From contig DASUPQ010000223.1 of the NCBI GenBank assembly GCA_036280995.1, positions 1 through 42,825 on the forward strand: DNA of 42,825 nucleotides, in the 5' to 3' direction. Below are positions 1 to 7,525 of this stretch, piece by piece; within the stretch, counting starts at the first letter, position 1; every line of letters starts with the position of its first letter. The DNA comes from Actinomycetota bacterium. Its GTDB lineage: Bacteria > Actinomycetota > CALGFH01. The notes beneath the pieces were generated by a model. That model was given only the letters and a program-made list of their open reading frames with translations, was not told where the DNA came from and searched no databases. The position numbers and the translations under genes are program-made.

Positions 1-365
1 CCGAGGTTGCGGGCGTAGGTCACGTCCAGGGCGTGCTCGGCGTCGACGAAGGCGGCGATGCCGCCAGCCTTCTGGGCCTCGGCGATGATGTGCAGGGCCA
101 GGGTCGTCTTGCCCGAGGCCTCGGGACCGTAGATCTCGACCACGCGGCCGCGCGGCACCCCGCCGATGCCGAGGGCCAGGTCGAGGGCGAGACTGCCGGT
201 CGAGATGGCCTGGACCGGGTCGGCCGGGCCGTCCACGCCCATGCGCATGACCGAGCCCTTGCCGAACTGCTTCTCGATCTGGAGCAAGGCGACTTCAAGT
301 GCCTTCTCGCGTTCCACGGTCCCTCCCCGCATGCCGTCGTTGCGGGCAGTATAGGTCGCGGCCAT
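1..365 (-). CDS. recA: Recombinase RecA, N-terminal 121 codons; the gene runs off the left edge
   Basis: Hand translation of the minus strand from ATG 365 gives [112 protein letters not shown]. This carries the RecA N-terminal signature and a Walker A motif (GPEASGKT). A GGAAGGG SD lies 6 nt upstream. It is absent from the supplied ORF track because it is open at the window edge. Confidence 0.96.
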   Translation of the reverse strand, partial: MAATYTARNDGMRGGTVEREKALEVALLQIEKQFGKGSVMRMGVDGPADPVQAISTGSLALDLALGIGGVPRGRVVEIYGPEASGKTTLALHIIAEAQKAGGIAAFVDAEHALDVTYARNL

Positions 366-423
366 CACAGTCCCTTCCGAAGTCGGCGGCCCTGGTCGTT
401 CGGAGTCGGCGAGCACCGTACTA

Positions 424-437
424 CGAACACCTGTTCG
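424..437. promoter_or_regulatory. LexA operator (Cheo/actinobacterial SOS box) upstream of recA
   Basis: CGAACACCTGTTCG is GAAC-N4-GTTC with the flanking C/G of the TCGAAC-N4-GTTCGA consensus. It lies 59-72 nt upstream of the recA ATG and just downstream of a TATGAT -10 element. Confidence 0.8.
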
Positions 438-445
438 GTACAACG

Positions 446-468
446 ATCATATCCGGAACTGGGGACAA
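446..468 (-). promoter_or_regulatory. Candidate RecA-NDp (PafBC-type) promoter of recA
   Basis: The minus strand reads TTGTCCCCA-GTTCCGGA-TATGAT. This fits TTGTCRnnn-N8-TAnnnT in spacing and at all positions except R (C here). Confidence 0.45.
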
Positions 469-506
469 CTCTTCCCGCGAACCGCGTTCGTCCTGGTCGT
501 TGCGAT

Positions 507-1139
507 CTACCCGGTGAGCGGGAACTCGCGGACGACCCGGTAGCGGGCGCCCCGGGGGCCGCCGAGGGTGCTGCGGTAGCAGGCCAGCTCGCGCGCCTCC
601 CAGGGCGGGCTGGCGGCGGCCGCGCCGGCGACGAGGTCGAGGGCCTCCTGGGCGACGGGGACCGGGGTGGAGAAGCGGGCCAGGGTCAGGTGGGGCATCA
701 GCGGCCGGTCCTCGGAGCGCAGGCCGGCGGCCTTGCAGGCCTCGGAGAGGGCGGCGGCCAGGCGGACCAGGACCTCGGCGTCGCCCCCGATGCCGGCCCA
801 CAGCACCCTGGCCCGGCGCCCCTCGGGGAACGTGCCGGCGCCCTCCAGCCGCAGCCGGGCGGTCGGGACGCCGGCGACGGCGGCCTCGCCGACCCGGACG
901 ACCTCGTCGGCCAGCTCCGGCCGCACCTGGCCGAGGAACGCCAGGGTGAGGTGCCAGCCGCCCGGCGGGGCGATCCGGGCGGTGCCGAGCAGCGGCGCCA
1001 GCCGGGGCAGGGCGGCCTCCAGCGGCTCCCGGGCCGCCCCCGGCACCGGCACCGCGAAGAACAGCCGCCCGGTGAGCAGGTCCGGGTCGGTGACGGTCGG
1101 GTCGCCCGAGCCCCGCCGGGACCGGTCGCCCCGGCTCAC
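507..1139 (-). CDS. thpR: RNA 2',3'-cyclic phosphodiesterase (2H phosphoesterase, ThpR/LigT family)
   Basis: A 210-aa ORF with the two H-x-T-x motifs of the 2H family (HLTLAFLG and HLTLARF). Its GTG start overlaps the cinA stop as GTGA. Confidence 0.85.
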   Translation of the reverse strand: MSRGDRSRRGSGDPTVTDPDLLTGRLFFAVPVPGAAREPLEAALPRLAPLLGTARIAPPGGWHLTLAFLGQVRPELADEVVRVGEAAVAGVPTARLRLEGAGTFPEGRRARVLWAGIGGDAEVLVRLAAALSEACKAAGLRSEDRPLMPHLTLARFSTPVPVAQEALDLVAGAAAASPPWEARELACYRSTLGGPRGARYRVVREFPLTG

Positions 1140-2386
1140 GCCAGGCCCTCGAGGCGGCGGCGGGCCAGGTCGAGGGCGACCGAGCAGGTCCAGAGGCGGA
1201 CCTGGGTGCGGTCGCCGGGGGCGGTGAGGGTCTGGGTGACGGTGCCGGTGGGGTCGGCGACCCCGAGGCAGAGGGTGCCGACCCGGCGGCCGGACTGCTC
1301 GGTGGGACCGGCGACGCCGGTGGCGGCGAGGCCCAGGTCGGCGCCGAAGGCCTTGCGGGCACCCTCGGCCATGGCCGCGGCGACCGGCTCGCTGACCGGG
1401 CCGTCGGCGTCCAGCAGGTCGCGGTCGACGCCGAGCTGGGACGCCTTGGCGTCGGTGGCGTAGGCGACCACCCCGCCCAGGTAGTAGTCGGACGCGCCGG
1501 CGATCCCGGTGATCCGGCCGCCGAGGAGGCCGCCGGTGAGCGACTCGGCGGTGGCCAGGGTGAGGCCGCGCTCGCGGAGCAGGCGGCCGACGGCGGCCTC
1601 CAGTGTCTCGTCGTCGACGCCGTAGACGATGTCGCCGAGCTCCTCGCGGATCCTCGTCTCGACCGGGGCGATCTCGCCCAGGGCCTGCTCACGCGTCGGG
1701 CCGACGGCGGTGAGCCGGACCCGGACCTCACCGGGGCTGGCCAGATAGGCCATGGTGACCTCGCCGGCCCCGGCCTCCTCCCACAGGGAGGTGAGCCGCT
1801 CGGCCAGGCGCGACTCCCCCACCCCGGCGGTGCGCAGCGTCCTGGAGACGATCGCCCGCCCCTCGCCCGCCCTGGCGGCCAGGTCGGGCAGGACCACCCG
1901 CTCCAGCATGCCCTCCATCTCCCGGGGGACCCCGGGCACGGCATAGACCGGCTTGCCGCCGACCTCGAGGATCAGCCCCGGGGCCGTTCCCCTCGGGTTG
2001 TCGATGGTGCGGGCGCCCTCGGGAACGTCGGCCTGGCGCAGGTTCATCTCGGCCATCCGCTGGACGCCCATGCGGCCGAACCGCTCGCGCAGCCACGTCT
2101 CCAGCTCCGGCTGGCGCACCAGCTTCACGCCGGCGACGGCGGCCAGCGCCTCCCGGGTGACGTCGTCCTGGGTCGGGCCCAGCCCGCCGGTCAGGATCAC
2201 CGCGTCGGCCCGCCCGAGCGCCTCGGTGACCGTCTCGGCGATGCGCCGCTCGTTGTCCCCGACCACCGTGTGGCGCAGGCAGTCCCAGCCGACGTCGGCC
2301 AGGCGCTGGCCGATCCAGGCCGCGTTGGTGTTGATGATCTGGCCGAGCAGCAGCTCGGTGCCGACCCCGATGATCTCGCAGCGCAC
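1136..2386 (-). CDS. cinA: CinA family competence/damage-inducible protein (MoCF-like N domain plus PncC-like nicotinamide-nucleotide amidase C domain)
   Basis: A 416-aa ORF starting MRCEIIGVGTELLLGQIINTNAAWIGQRLADVG, the typical CinA N-terminus. Size fits a two-domain CinA, and an AAGGAG SD precedes the GTG start. Confidence 0.92.
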   Translation of the reverse strand: MRCEIIGVGTELLLGQIINTNAAWIGQRLADVGWDCLRHTVVGDNERRIAETVTEALGRADAVILTGGLGPTQDDVTREALAAVAGVKLVRQPELETWLRERFGRMGVQRMAEMNLRQADVPEGARTIDNPRGTAPGLILEVGGKPVYAVPGVPREMEGMLERVVLPDLAARAGEGRAIVSRTLRTAGVGESRLAERLTSLWEEAGAGEVTMAYLASPGEVRVRLTAVGPTREQALGEIAPVETRIREELGDIVYGVDDETLEAAVGRLLRERGLTLATAESLTGGLLGGRITGIAGASDYYLGGVVAYATDAKASQLGVDRDLLDADGPVSEPVAAAMAEGARKAFGADLGLAATGVAGPTEQSGRRVGTLCLGVADPTGTVTQTLTAPGDRTQVRLWTCSVALDLARRRLEGLA

Positions 2387-2419
2387 GCTCGCTCCTTGCG
2401 ATCGACGACCGCGAGGATG

Positions 2420-3877
2420 CTACCCGGCGGGCCGGGCCAGAAGCTCAGGGCCCTCGGCGGTGGTGACCACGACCGGCAGGTACTCCCCCACCGTGACCTC
2501 GGGCGTCCCCTCGATCCGGACCACGCCGTCGCTGTCGGGGGCCTCGCGGAAGCTGCGGCCCTCCCAGGCGCCGCCGTCGCCGGCCCGCTCGACCAGCACC
2601 TCGAGCCGCCTGCCGACCCAGGCCTGCTGGGCATCGGCGAGCATGCGGTCCTGCAATTCCTGGACCCGCTCGACCCGGGCCCGGGCGGTGGCGGCGGGGA
2701 CGCGGCCGTCCAGGTCGAGGGCGGCGGTGCCGTCCTCGGGCGACCAGGCGAAGAACGCCACCCAGTCGAGCCGGGCCGCCTCCAGGAACGCCTCCAGCTC
2801 GCGTACGTCGGCCGTGCGTTCGCCCGGGAAGCCGAGGATGAAGTTGGAGCGGAAGGCGGCGTCCGGGTCGAGGGCGCGGATCCGCCCGACCAGGTCGAGA
2901 AAGGCCCCGGCCGAGCCGCCGCGGCGCATGCGCCGCAGCACGGGCGCGCTGGCGTGCTGCAGGGACAGGTCGAAGTAGCTGCAGACCACCGGGTTGGCGG
3001 CCATCTCCTCGAGCAGCCCGGGCGTGAGCTCGTCCGGCTGCAGGTAGTTGAGCCGGACCCGGCGCAGGCCGTCGATGGCGGCCAGGTCGCGGAGCAGGTG
3101 GATCAGGGCCTCACGGCCGCCCAGGTCCTTGCCGTAGCTGGTCGAGTTCTCGGCCACCAGGCAGACCTCGGAGACGCCCTGGCCGGCCAGCCAGGCCACC
3201 TCGTCGAGGACCTCGGTGGGCCGCCGGGAGCGGAACGGTCCCCGGAACGACGGGATGGCGCAGAACGAGCAGTCGCGGTCGCAGCCCTCGGCCAGCTTCA
3301 CCAGCGCCACCGGCCCACGGGCGGGCGCCCGGGCCGGGAACGCCAACCCGGTCGGGGTCGGGAACACCATCGGCAGCGCCCGCCGCCCCGCCGGGACGAG
3401 GCCGCCGGGCCCGCCGGGGAGCGGGGGGCGGAGGGTCGTTCCGTTGCCGCCTGGGGCGCCGAGGGGCCTTCCGGGGGCGCCGGACGTGGTTCCGTTGCCG
3501 ACCGGGACCCCGCCCAGGAGGTCGGGCAGCCGTCCGTAGTCGGCGAACGGCACGATGGCGTCGGCCTCGGGCAGCTCGATCCGGAGCTCCTCGGTGTAGC
3601 GCTCGGCCAGGCATCCGGTGACCAGGACCGTCCGGGCCCGGCCCTGCTCCTTCAGCGCGGTCGCGTCCAGGACCGTCTCGATCGACTCGCGCTTGGCCGC
3701 CTCCACGAACGCGCAGGTGTTGACGACCACGGCGTCGGCCTGCTCGGGGTCGTCAACCACCTGGTACCCGGCCGCGGCCAGCATCCCGGCCGCGTTCTGG
3801 GAGTCGACCTCGTTCCGCCCGCAGCCGAGCGTGACGATGGCCACGGTCGTCGGCGGGGCGGGGTCAGGTTCGGGCAC
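2420..3877 (-). CDS. rimO: Radical-SAM methylthiotransferase, most likely ribosomal protein S12 methylthiotransferase RimO
   Basis: A 485-aa ORF with an MTTase N domain (VAIVTLGCGRNEVDS...VVNTCAF), a radical-SAM CxxxCxxC motif (CDRDCSFC) and a C-terminal TRAM-like region. GGAG SD upstream. The position between ftsK and cinA matches actinobacterial synteny. A MiaB paralog is not fully excluded. Confidence 0.8.
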   Translation of the reverse strand: MPEPDPAPPTTVAIVTLGCGRNEVDSQNAAGMLAAAGYQVVDDPEQADAVVVNTCAFVEAAKRESIETVLDATALKEQGRARTVLVTGCLAERYTEELRIELPEADAIVPFADYGRLPDLLGGVPVGNGTTSGAPGRPLGAPGGNGTTLRPPLPGGPGGLVPAGRRALPMVFPTPTGLAFPARAPARGPVALVKLAEGCDRDCSFCAIPSFRGPFRSRRPTEVLDEVAWLAGQGVSEVCLVAENSTSYGKDLGGREALIHLLRDLAAIDGLRRVRLNYLQPDELTPGLLEEMAANPVVCSYFDLSLQHASAPVLRRMRRGGSAGAFLDLVGRIRALDPDAAFRSNFILGFPGERTADVRELEAFLEAARLDWVAFFAWSPEDGTAALDLDGRVPAATARARVERVQELQDRMLADAQQAWVGRRLEVLVERAGDGGAWEGRSFREAPDSDGVVRIEGTPEVTVGEYLPVVVTTAEGPELLARPAG

Positions 3878-3939
3878 CGGGGCTCCTGTGGCTGGCGAAT
3901 GCTCGCCATGACGCTACCAGTCACCGCGCCTGTGAGGCG

Positions 3940-3955
3940 GTCCGCTCGAGCGGAC
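3940..3955. repeat. Perfect 16-bp palindrome GTCCGCTCGAGCGGAC
   Basis: Read directly from the sequence. It ends 23 nt upstream of a TAGCGT -10-like hexamer (minus strand, 3916-3911) in front of rimO, so it covers the -35 region. Confidence 0.9.
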
Positions 3956-3976
3956 GGCGAGCACGAGCCGCCCGTC

Positions 3977-4143
3977 GAGGGGCTGTGGGCAACGCATTCC
4001 CGCCTGCGGGTCGGGCAAGGGCCGGGAGGGGCTGTGGACAACCCGACGCGCTCCCGCTCGCGGGTCGGCTACGCTCCCCCACCGGGGACCCGGCACCGGC
4101 GGGCGAGGTTGGAGCGCGCCCCGGGACCCGGCACCGGCGGGCG
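3977..4143. repeat. Tandem direct repeats in the rimO-upstream noncoding gap
   Basis: GAGGGGCTGTGG(G/A)CAAC occurs at 3977-3993 and 4026-4042. Each copy is followed by a CCCGC-NN-GCGGG hairpin (3999-4010, 4053-4064) and GTCGG. The exact 21-mer GGGACCCGGCACCGGCGGGCG occurs at 4085-4105 and 4123-4143. Confidence 0.9.
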
Positions 4144-4253
4144 GGGTCGAGCATGCCCGCGGGGCCGGGTGGCGAAGGATGCCCGTTCGCACGCGGGGGC
4201 TGAGGACCGTGCCAGGCGAGTGCATAGGGCCGAATACCACCGTGCCGGGTTGG

Positions 4254-4273
4254 GGACGCCCGACCCGGCGTCC
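4254..4273 (-). terminator. Candidate hairpin terminator downstream of the IMPDH-family gene
   Basis: GGACGCC-N6-GGCGTCC forms a 7-bp GC stem about 90 nt after the stop codon. There is no U tract, consistent with an I-shaped actinobacterial-type terminator. Alternative folds are possible. Confidence 0.3.
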
Positions 4274-4361
4274 GAACGGCTCGCCGGCGGCGACCCGCGC
4301 GGATCGCGAACCACCGCCACGGCTCAGCCGCCGGCGACCCCGCGTGGATCACCGGGACGGC

Positions 4362-5786
4362 TCACCCGTCCGGCGAACCCGGTCTCGCCTCGAGCCGGCC
4401 CGACTGGGTCTGGCGGACGAAGGTGGCCTTCTCCCAGGCCTCGGGGATGGTGGTGGCGTCGACGTAGCTCATGCCCGAACGGAGGCCGCCGACCAGCTCG
4501 TGGACGATGCCGGCGACGGGGCCCTTGAGGGGGAACTCCATCTCCTCGCCCTCGGGGACGTACTGGTCGAGGGCGTCGCCGCGACCCTCGATCTCGAGGC
4601 GGGCGGCGGCGGCGCCGAGGGAGGCCATGCCCCGGAAGACCTTGTACTCGCGGCCCCCGCGGCGGACGACCTCGCCGGGGCTCTCGGGGCGGCCGGCGAA
4701 CAGGCCGCCGATCATGACCGTGCTGGCCCCGGCGGCGATCGCCTTGGCCACGTCGCCGGGGTGGCGGATGCCGCCGTCGGCGATCAGGGGGACGCCGGTG
4801 GCCTGGGCGACCTCGGCGCAGTCGAGGATGGCGGTGAGCTGGGGGACGCCGACGCCGGCGACCTGGCGGGTGGTGCAGGCGAACCCGGGGCCGATGCCGA
4901 CCTTGACGGCGTCGGCGCCGGCCTCGGCCAGGTCGCGGAAGCCGTCGGCGGTGGCCACGTTGCCGGCCACGATCTGGCTGTCCGGCCAGGTCGCCTTCAG
5001 CTCCTTGACGGCGTCGATGGTGTGGTCGGCGTGGCCGTGGGCGACGTCCACGACCAGGGCGTCCACGTCGGCGTCGAGCAGGGCCTGGGCGCGGGCCAGG
5101 TAGCCGCCGCGCACGCCGACGGCGGCCGCCACCCGGAGCCGGCCCCGGCCGTCGCGGGTCGCCTGGGGCAGGCGCTCGCGCAGACCGATGTCGCGAAGGG
5201 TGATCAGGCCGGCCAGCCGGCCGTCGTCGCCGACCAGGGGCAGCTTCTCGATCCGGTGGCGGTCCAGCAGCTTGCGGGCCTCGTCCAGGTCGATGCCGGG
5301 GCGGGCGGTGATCAGCCGCTCGGCCGGGGTCATGGCCGCGGCCACGGTGTCGCCGGCGTCGGCGCGCATGTCGCGGGCGGTGAGGAGGCCGACCGGGCGG
5401 CGCTCGGGGTCGACCACCACCAGGCCGGTCACGCCCAGGCGTCTGGCCTCGGCGGCGGCCTCGGCCACGGTCCGCTCGGGGCCGATGGTGTAGGGCTGCT
5501 CGATCACCTGGCCCAGGTAGCGCTTGACCCGCCGGACCTCCTCGGCCTGGGCGTCGACGGGCAGGAAGCGGTGGAGGACGCCGAGCCCGCCCAGCTCGGC
5601 CATGGCGATGGCCATGGGCGCGGTGGTCACCGTGTCCATGTTGGCCGAGACGATGGGGATGGCCAGCTCGACCCCGCGGGTGAAGCGGGAGCGGGTCGTG
5701 ACGTGGCGGCGGGAGCGGATGCTGGAGCGCCGCGGCACCAGCAGGACGTCCTCGAAGGTCAGGGCGAGGCGTGGTTGGTCGGTCAT
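4362..5786 (-). CDS. IMP dehydrogenase family protein with a CBS pair (IMPDH or GuaB-paralog GMP reductase)
   Basis: A 474-aa ORF with [20 protein letters not shown] and the catalytic loop [11 protein letters not shown]. It has an internal CBS-pair region and a C-terminal [14 protein letters not shown]. The sequence alone cannot say which GuaB paralog this is. Confidence 0.85.
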   Translation of the reverse strand: MTDQPRLALTFEDVLLVPRRSSIRSRRHVTTRSRFTRGVELAIPIVSANMDTVTTAPMAIAMAELGGLGVLHRFLPVDAQAEEVRRVKRYLGQVIEQPYTIGPERTVAEAAAEARRLGVTGLVVVDPERRPVGLLTARDMRADAGDTVAAAMTPAERLITARPGIDLDEARKLLDRHRIEKLPLVGDDGRLAGLITLRDIGLRERLPQATRDGRGRLRVAAAVGVRGGYLARAQALLDADVDALVVDVAHGHADHTIDAVKELKATWPDSQIVAGNVATADGFRDLAEAGADAVKVGIGPGFACTTRQVAGVGVPQLTAILDCAEVAQATGVPLIADGGIRHPGDVAKAIAAGASTVMIGGLFAGRPESPGEVVRRGGREYKVFRGMASLGAAAARLEIEGRGDALDQYVPEGEEMEFPLKGPVAGIVHELVGGLRSGMSYVDATTIPEAWEKATFVRQTQSGRLEARPGSPDG

Positions 5787-5846
5787 GGGGCCCAGGCTAG
5801 CCGAGCGGACAGCGTGGTGCTCCCCCTCGTGTCATTGATGGCAGAC

Positions 5847-5860
5847 CGAACATGTGTTCT
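5847..5860. promoter_or_regulatory. LexA operator (SOS box) in the divergent lexA / IMPDH-family intergenic region
   Basis: CGAACATGTGTTCT is GAAC-N4-GTTC. It overlaps a TCTAAT -10-like hexamer (5858-5863) that ends 7 nt before the lexA ATG. Confidence 0.8.
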
Positions 5861-5870
5861 AATCGACGTG

Positions 5871-6656
5871 ATGAACACGACTGCGGGTTCTGACGAACCC
5901 AGGCTGCCTCCGGAGCTCCGCCGCTTCGTCGAGATCCATCGTCGGTGGACCGAGAACGAAGGAATCGCCCCGACCCTCGACGAGCTGGCCGGCAACCTCG
6001 GCTGTGCCAAGTCAACGGCGAGCCAGCACCGACGGCGGCTCCGAGAGCTCGGGCTCGTCCAGTTCGACCCACGAAGACGCAGGAGCACACGGATCACGAC
6101 CGACGCCGCCATCTTGGCTGTCTATGGGCTCGCCCCGGTCGGGCCAACCGACACCAGGGTCACCAATCTCGCCCGGTTCCGGAGCCGGCGCGCACGGCTC
6201 GGCGGTCTCCGTGCCAGCCAGCCCATGGGCGACCTCCAGGGCGAGCGGCCGTGGCGACTCCCCGATCGGCCACCGCGAAGCCTTCCCGTGCCCGGAGCGA
6301 TCCCAGCCGGACCGGACCGCACCTTCTATCCGGACGAGGACAGGATGGAGGTCGACGCCGAGCTCGCCGGTCCGGGCCAATACGGGCTCCGGGTGCGAGG
6401 TGACAGCATGGTGGCGCTCGGCATCTATGACGGCGACCAGGCGGTCGTGGACACCAGGCAGCCGGCCCACCATGGCGATCTCGTGGCGGCGCTGTTTCCG
6501 AGCGACCATGGTGACGAGGACCTTGCCTCTCTGAAGATCCTCGAGCTGAGGGACGACAAGGCCTGGCTGGTGGCCGCGAACTCCGCCTACGCGCCGATCC
6601 CGCTGAGGGAGGCCACCGTGCTGGGGCGGGTCACCACGATCATCCGGCGCTTGTGA
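5871..6656 (+). CDS. lexA: LexA repressor (S24 peptidase) with an extended linker
   Basis: This is the C-terminal part of the artefactually long ORF 4179..6656. It has an N-terminal LexA-type wHTH (PTLDELAGNLGCAKSTASQHRRRLRELGLVQ) and a cleavage-site-like GAIPAGP. The catalytic Ser is in RVRGDSM, the Lys in LASLKIL, and the protein ends in the LexA-typical GRVTTIIRRL. An autoregulatory SOS box lies immediately upstream. An in-frame GTG at 5868 is an alternative start. Confidence 0.85.
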   Translation: MNTTAGSDEPRLPPELRRFVEIHRRWTENEGIAPTLDELAGNLGCAKSTASQHRRRLRELGLVQFDPRRRRSTRITTDAAILAVYGLAPVGPTDTRVTNLARFRSRRARLGGLRASQPMGDLQGERPWRLPDRPPRSLPVPGAIPAGPDRTFYPDEDRMEVDAELAGPGQYGLRVRGDSMVALGIYDGDQAVVDTRQPAHHGDLVAALFPSDHGDEDLASLKILELRDDKAWLVAANSAYAPIPLREATVLGRVTTIIRRL

Positions 6657-6704
6657 CAAGGACGTCAGGACGGCGGGTTCCCGGCGCCGCGTGCAGCGGC
6701 GTAG

Positions 6705-7430
6705 CTAGCCGAGCGAGCGGCTGGCCGGGGTGAAGGAGTGGCGCCAGATGTTGCCGGAGCGGTCGGCGACGCCCAGGTCGCGGCCGTTGACGGTGAGCCG
6801 GACCCCGGCCGGGTACCCGAGGACCAGCTCCAGGCTGCGCCGGGCCTTGAAGGTGCGGCGCTGGCGGGGCCCCGGGGTGCCCTCGAAGGCGATCCGGCCG
6901 TCGGCGGTGACCCGGGTCCAGGAGGCGCCGGCGTAGCGCAGGGTGACGGTCACGTCCTTGGGGGCGGCCTTGGTGGTCGGCGGGGCCGGCGCGGCCCCGG
7001 GGGCCTTGGTGGCCGGGGTGGTCACGAACGGCGGCTGGGCGTCGGCCGGGTCGGGCGCCGGCCGGAGCAGCCCCCACAGGGACACGAGCAGGATGACCGA
7101 GACGCAGACGATGGCCACGATCAGCCAGTTGGGGCCGCGGCGGCCGGTCTGGAGCCCGCCGATGGCCCGGGGCGCGTGCTCGAACAGGGGCGCCTCCGGC
7201 CGCTCCTGGGCCCGGTAGGCCTCCAGCAGCGGCGCCGGGTCGATCCCCAGGTAGCCGGCGTAGGAGCGCAGGAAGCCCTTGGCGTAGACGCTCCCGCCGA
7301 GCTCGCCGAACCGCTCGTGCTCAAGGGCCTCCAGGTAGCTCGACCTGATCCGGGTCGCGACAGCGGCGTCGTCGAGCGACTTGCCCTGTGCTTCCCGAGC
7401 CGAGCGCAGCGCGTCGCCGATGGTGCTCAG
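6705..7430 (-). CDS. RodZ-like protein: XRE-type HTH, one TM helix, DUF4115 C-terminal domain. The start codon is uncertain.
   Basis: The ORF track gives only the 137-aa C-terminal part (6705..7118). Hand translation of the same frame upstream gives LSTIGDALRSAREAQGKSLDDAAVATRIRSSYLEALEHERFGELGGSVYAKGFLRSYAGYLGIDPAPLLEAY, which is a RodZ/HTH_25 signature. It continues into the TM segment WLIVAIVCVSVILLVSLWG. An in-frame TGA at 7439-7437 leaves only a CTG (7430) as a possible start. Confidence 0.65.
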   Translation of the reverse strand: MSTIGDALRSAREAQGKSLDDAAVATRIRSSYLEALEHERFGELGGSVYAKGFLRSYAGYLGIDPAPLLEAYRAQERPEAPLFEHAPRAIGGLQTGRRGPNWLIVAIVCVSVILLVSLWGLLRPAPDPADAQPPFVTTPATKAPGAAPAPPTTKAAPKDVTVTLRYAGASWTRVTADGRIAFEGTPGPRQRRTFKARRSLELVLGYPAGVRLTVNGRDLGVADRSGNIWRHSFTPASRSLG

Positions 7431-7525
7431 CCGGGGTCACCCCTTCATCCGACCATATCGGGGCAATGCGGAGAATCGCCTCGTGAGATGAGCGGATTTT
7501 CACCCCTCCCGGAGGCCCATGCAAC

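Noticed and set aside
1-365. An intein or other interruption in recA.
   Set aside because: The visible 121 codons are collinear with standard RecA through the Walker A region. The usual intein insertion sites lie beyond the window edge and cannot be assessed.
478-490. CGAACCGCGTTCG considered as a second SOS box upstream of recA.
   Set aside because: The spacing is GAAC-N3-GTTC rather than N4. It is noted only as an unexplained palindrome.
3977-4043. The pair of DnaA-box sequences considered as a replication origin (oriC).
   Set aside because: Only two boxes are present. There is no AT-rich unwinding element and no dnaA, dnaN, rpmH or parAB context. At most this is an auxiliary DnaA site.
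4085-4143. The exact 21-mers 38 bp apart considered as a CRISPR array.
   Set aside because: There are only two copies, the spacer is 17 bp, and no cas genes or leader are present.
3878-4361. A known housekeeping ncRNA (tmRNA, RNase P RNA, SRP RNA, 6S RNA) or a tRNA hidden in the large gap. GGGGCTG resembles a tmRNA 5' end.
   Set aside because: There is no T-arm GGTTCGAnTCC and no tag reading frame. The RNase P motif GAGGAAAGTCC and the SRP GGAA tetraloop-helix motif are also absent. I could not fold a cloverleaf.
4179-5870. N-terminal extensions of composite ORFs. Examples are 4179..6656 for lexA, 18264..24089 for kgd, 11442..14186 for alkA-like, 14854..18027 for nei, 28072..29607 for dapB, 38120..40066 for truB and 39001..40311 for nrnA.
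   Set aside because: The upstream parts overlap well-supported genes on the opposite strand or the preceding cistron, and they have junk composition. Internal starts with an SD or stop/start overlaps give proteins of canonical length.
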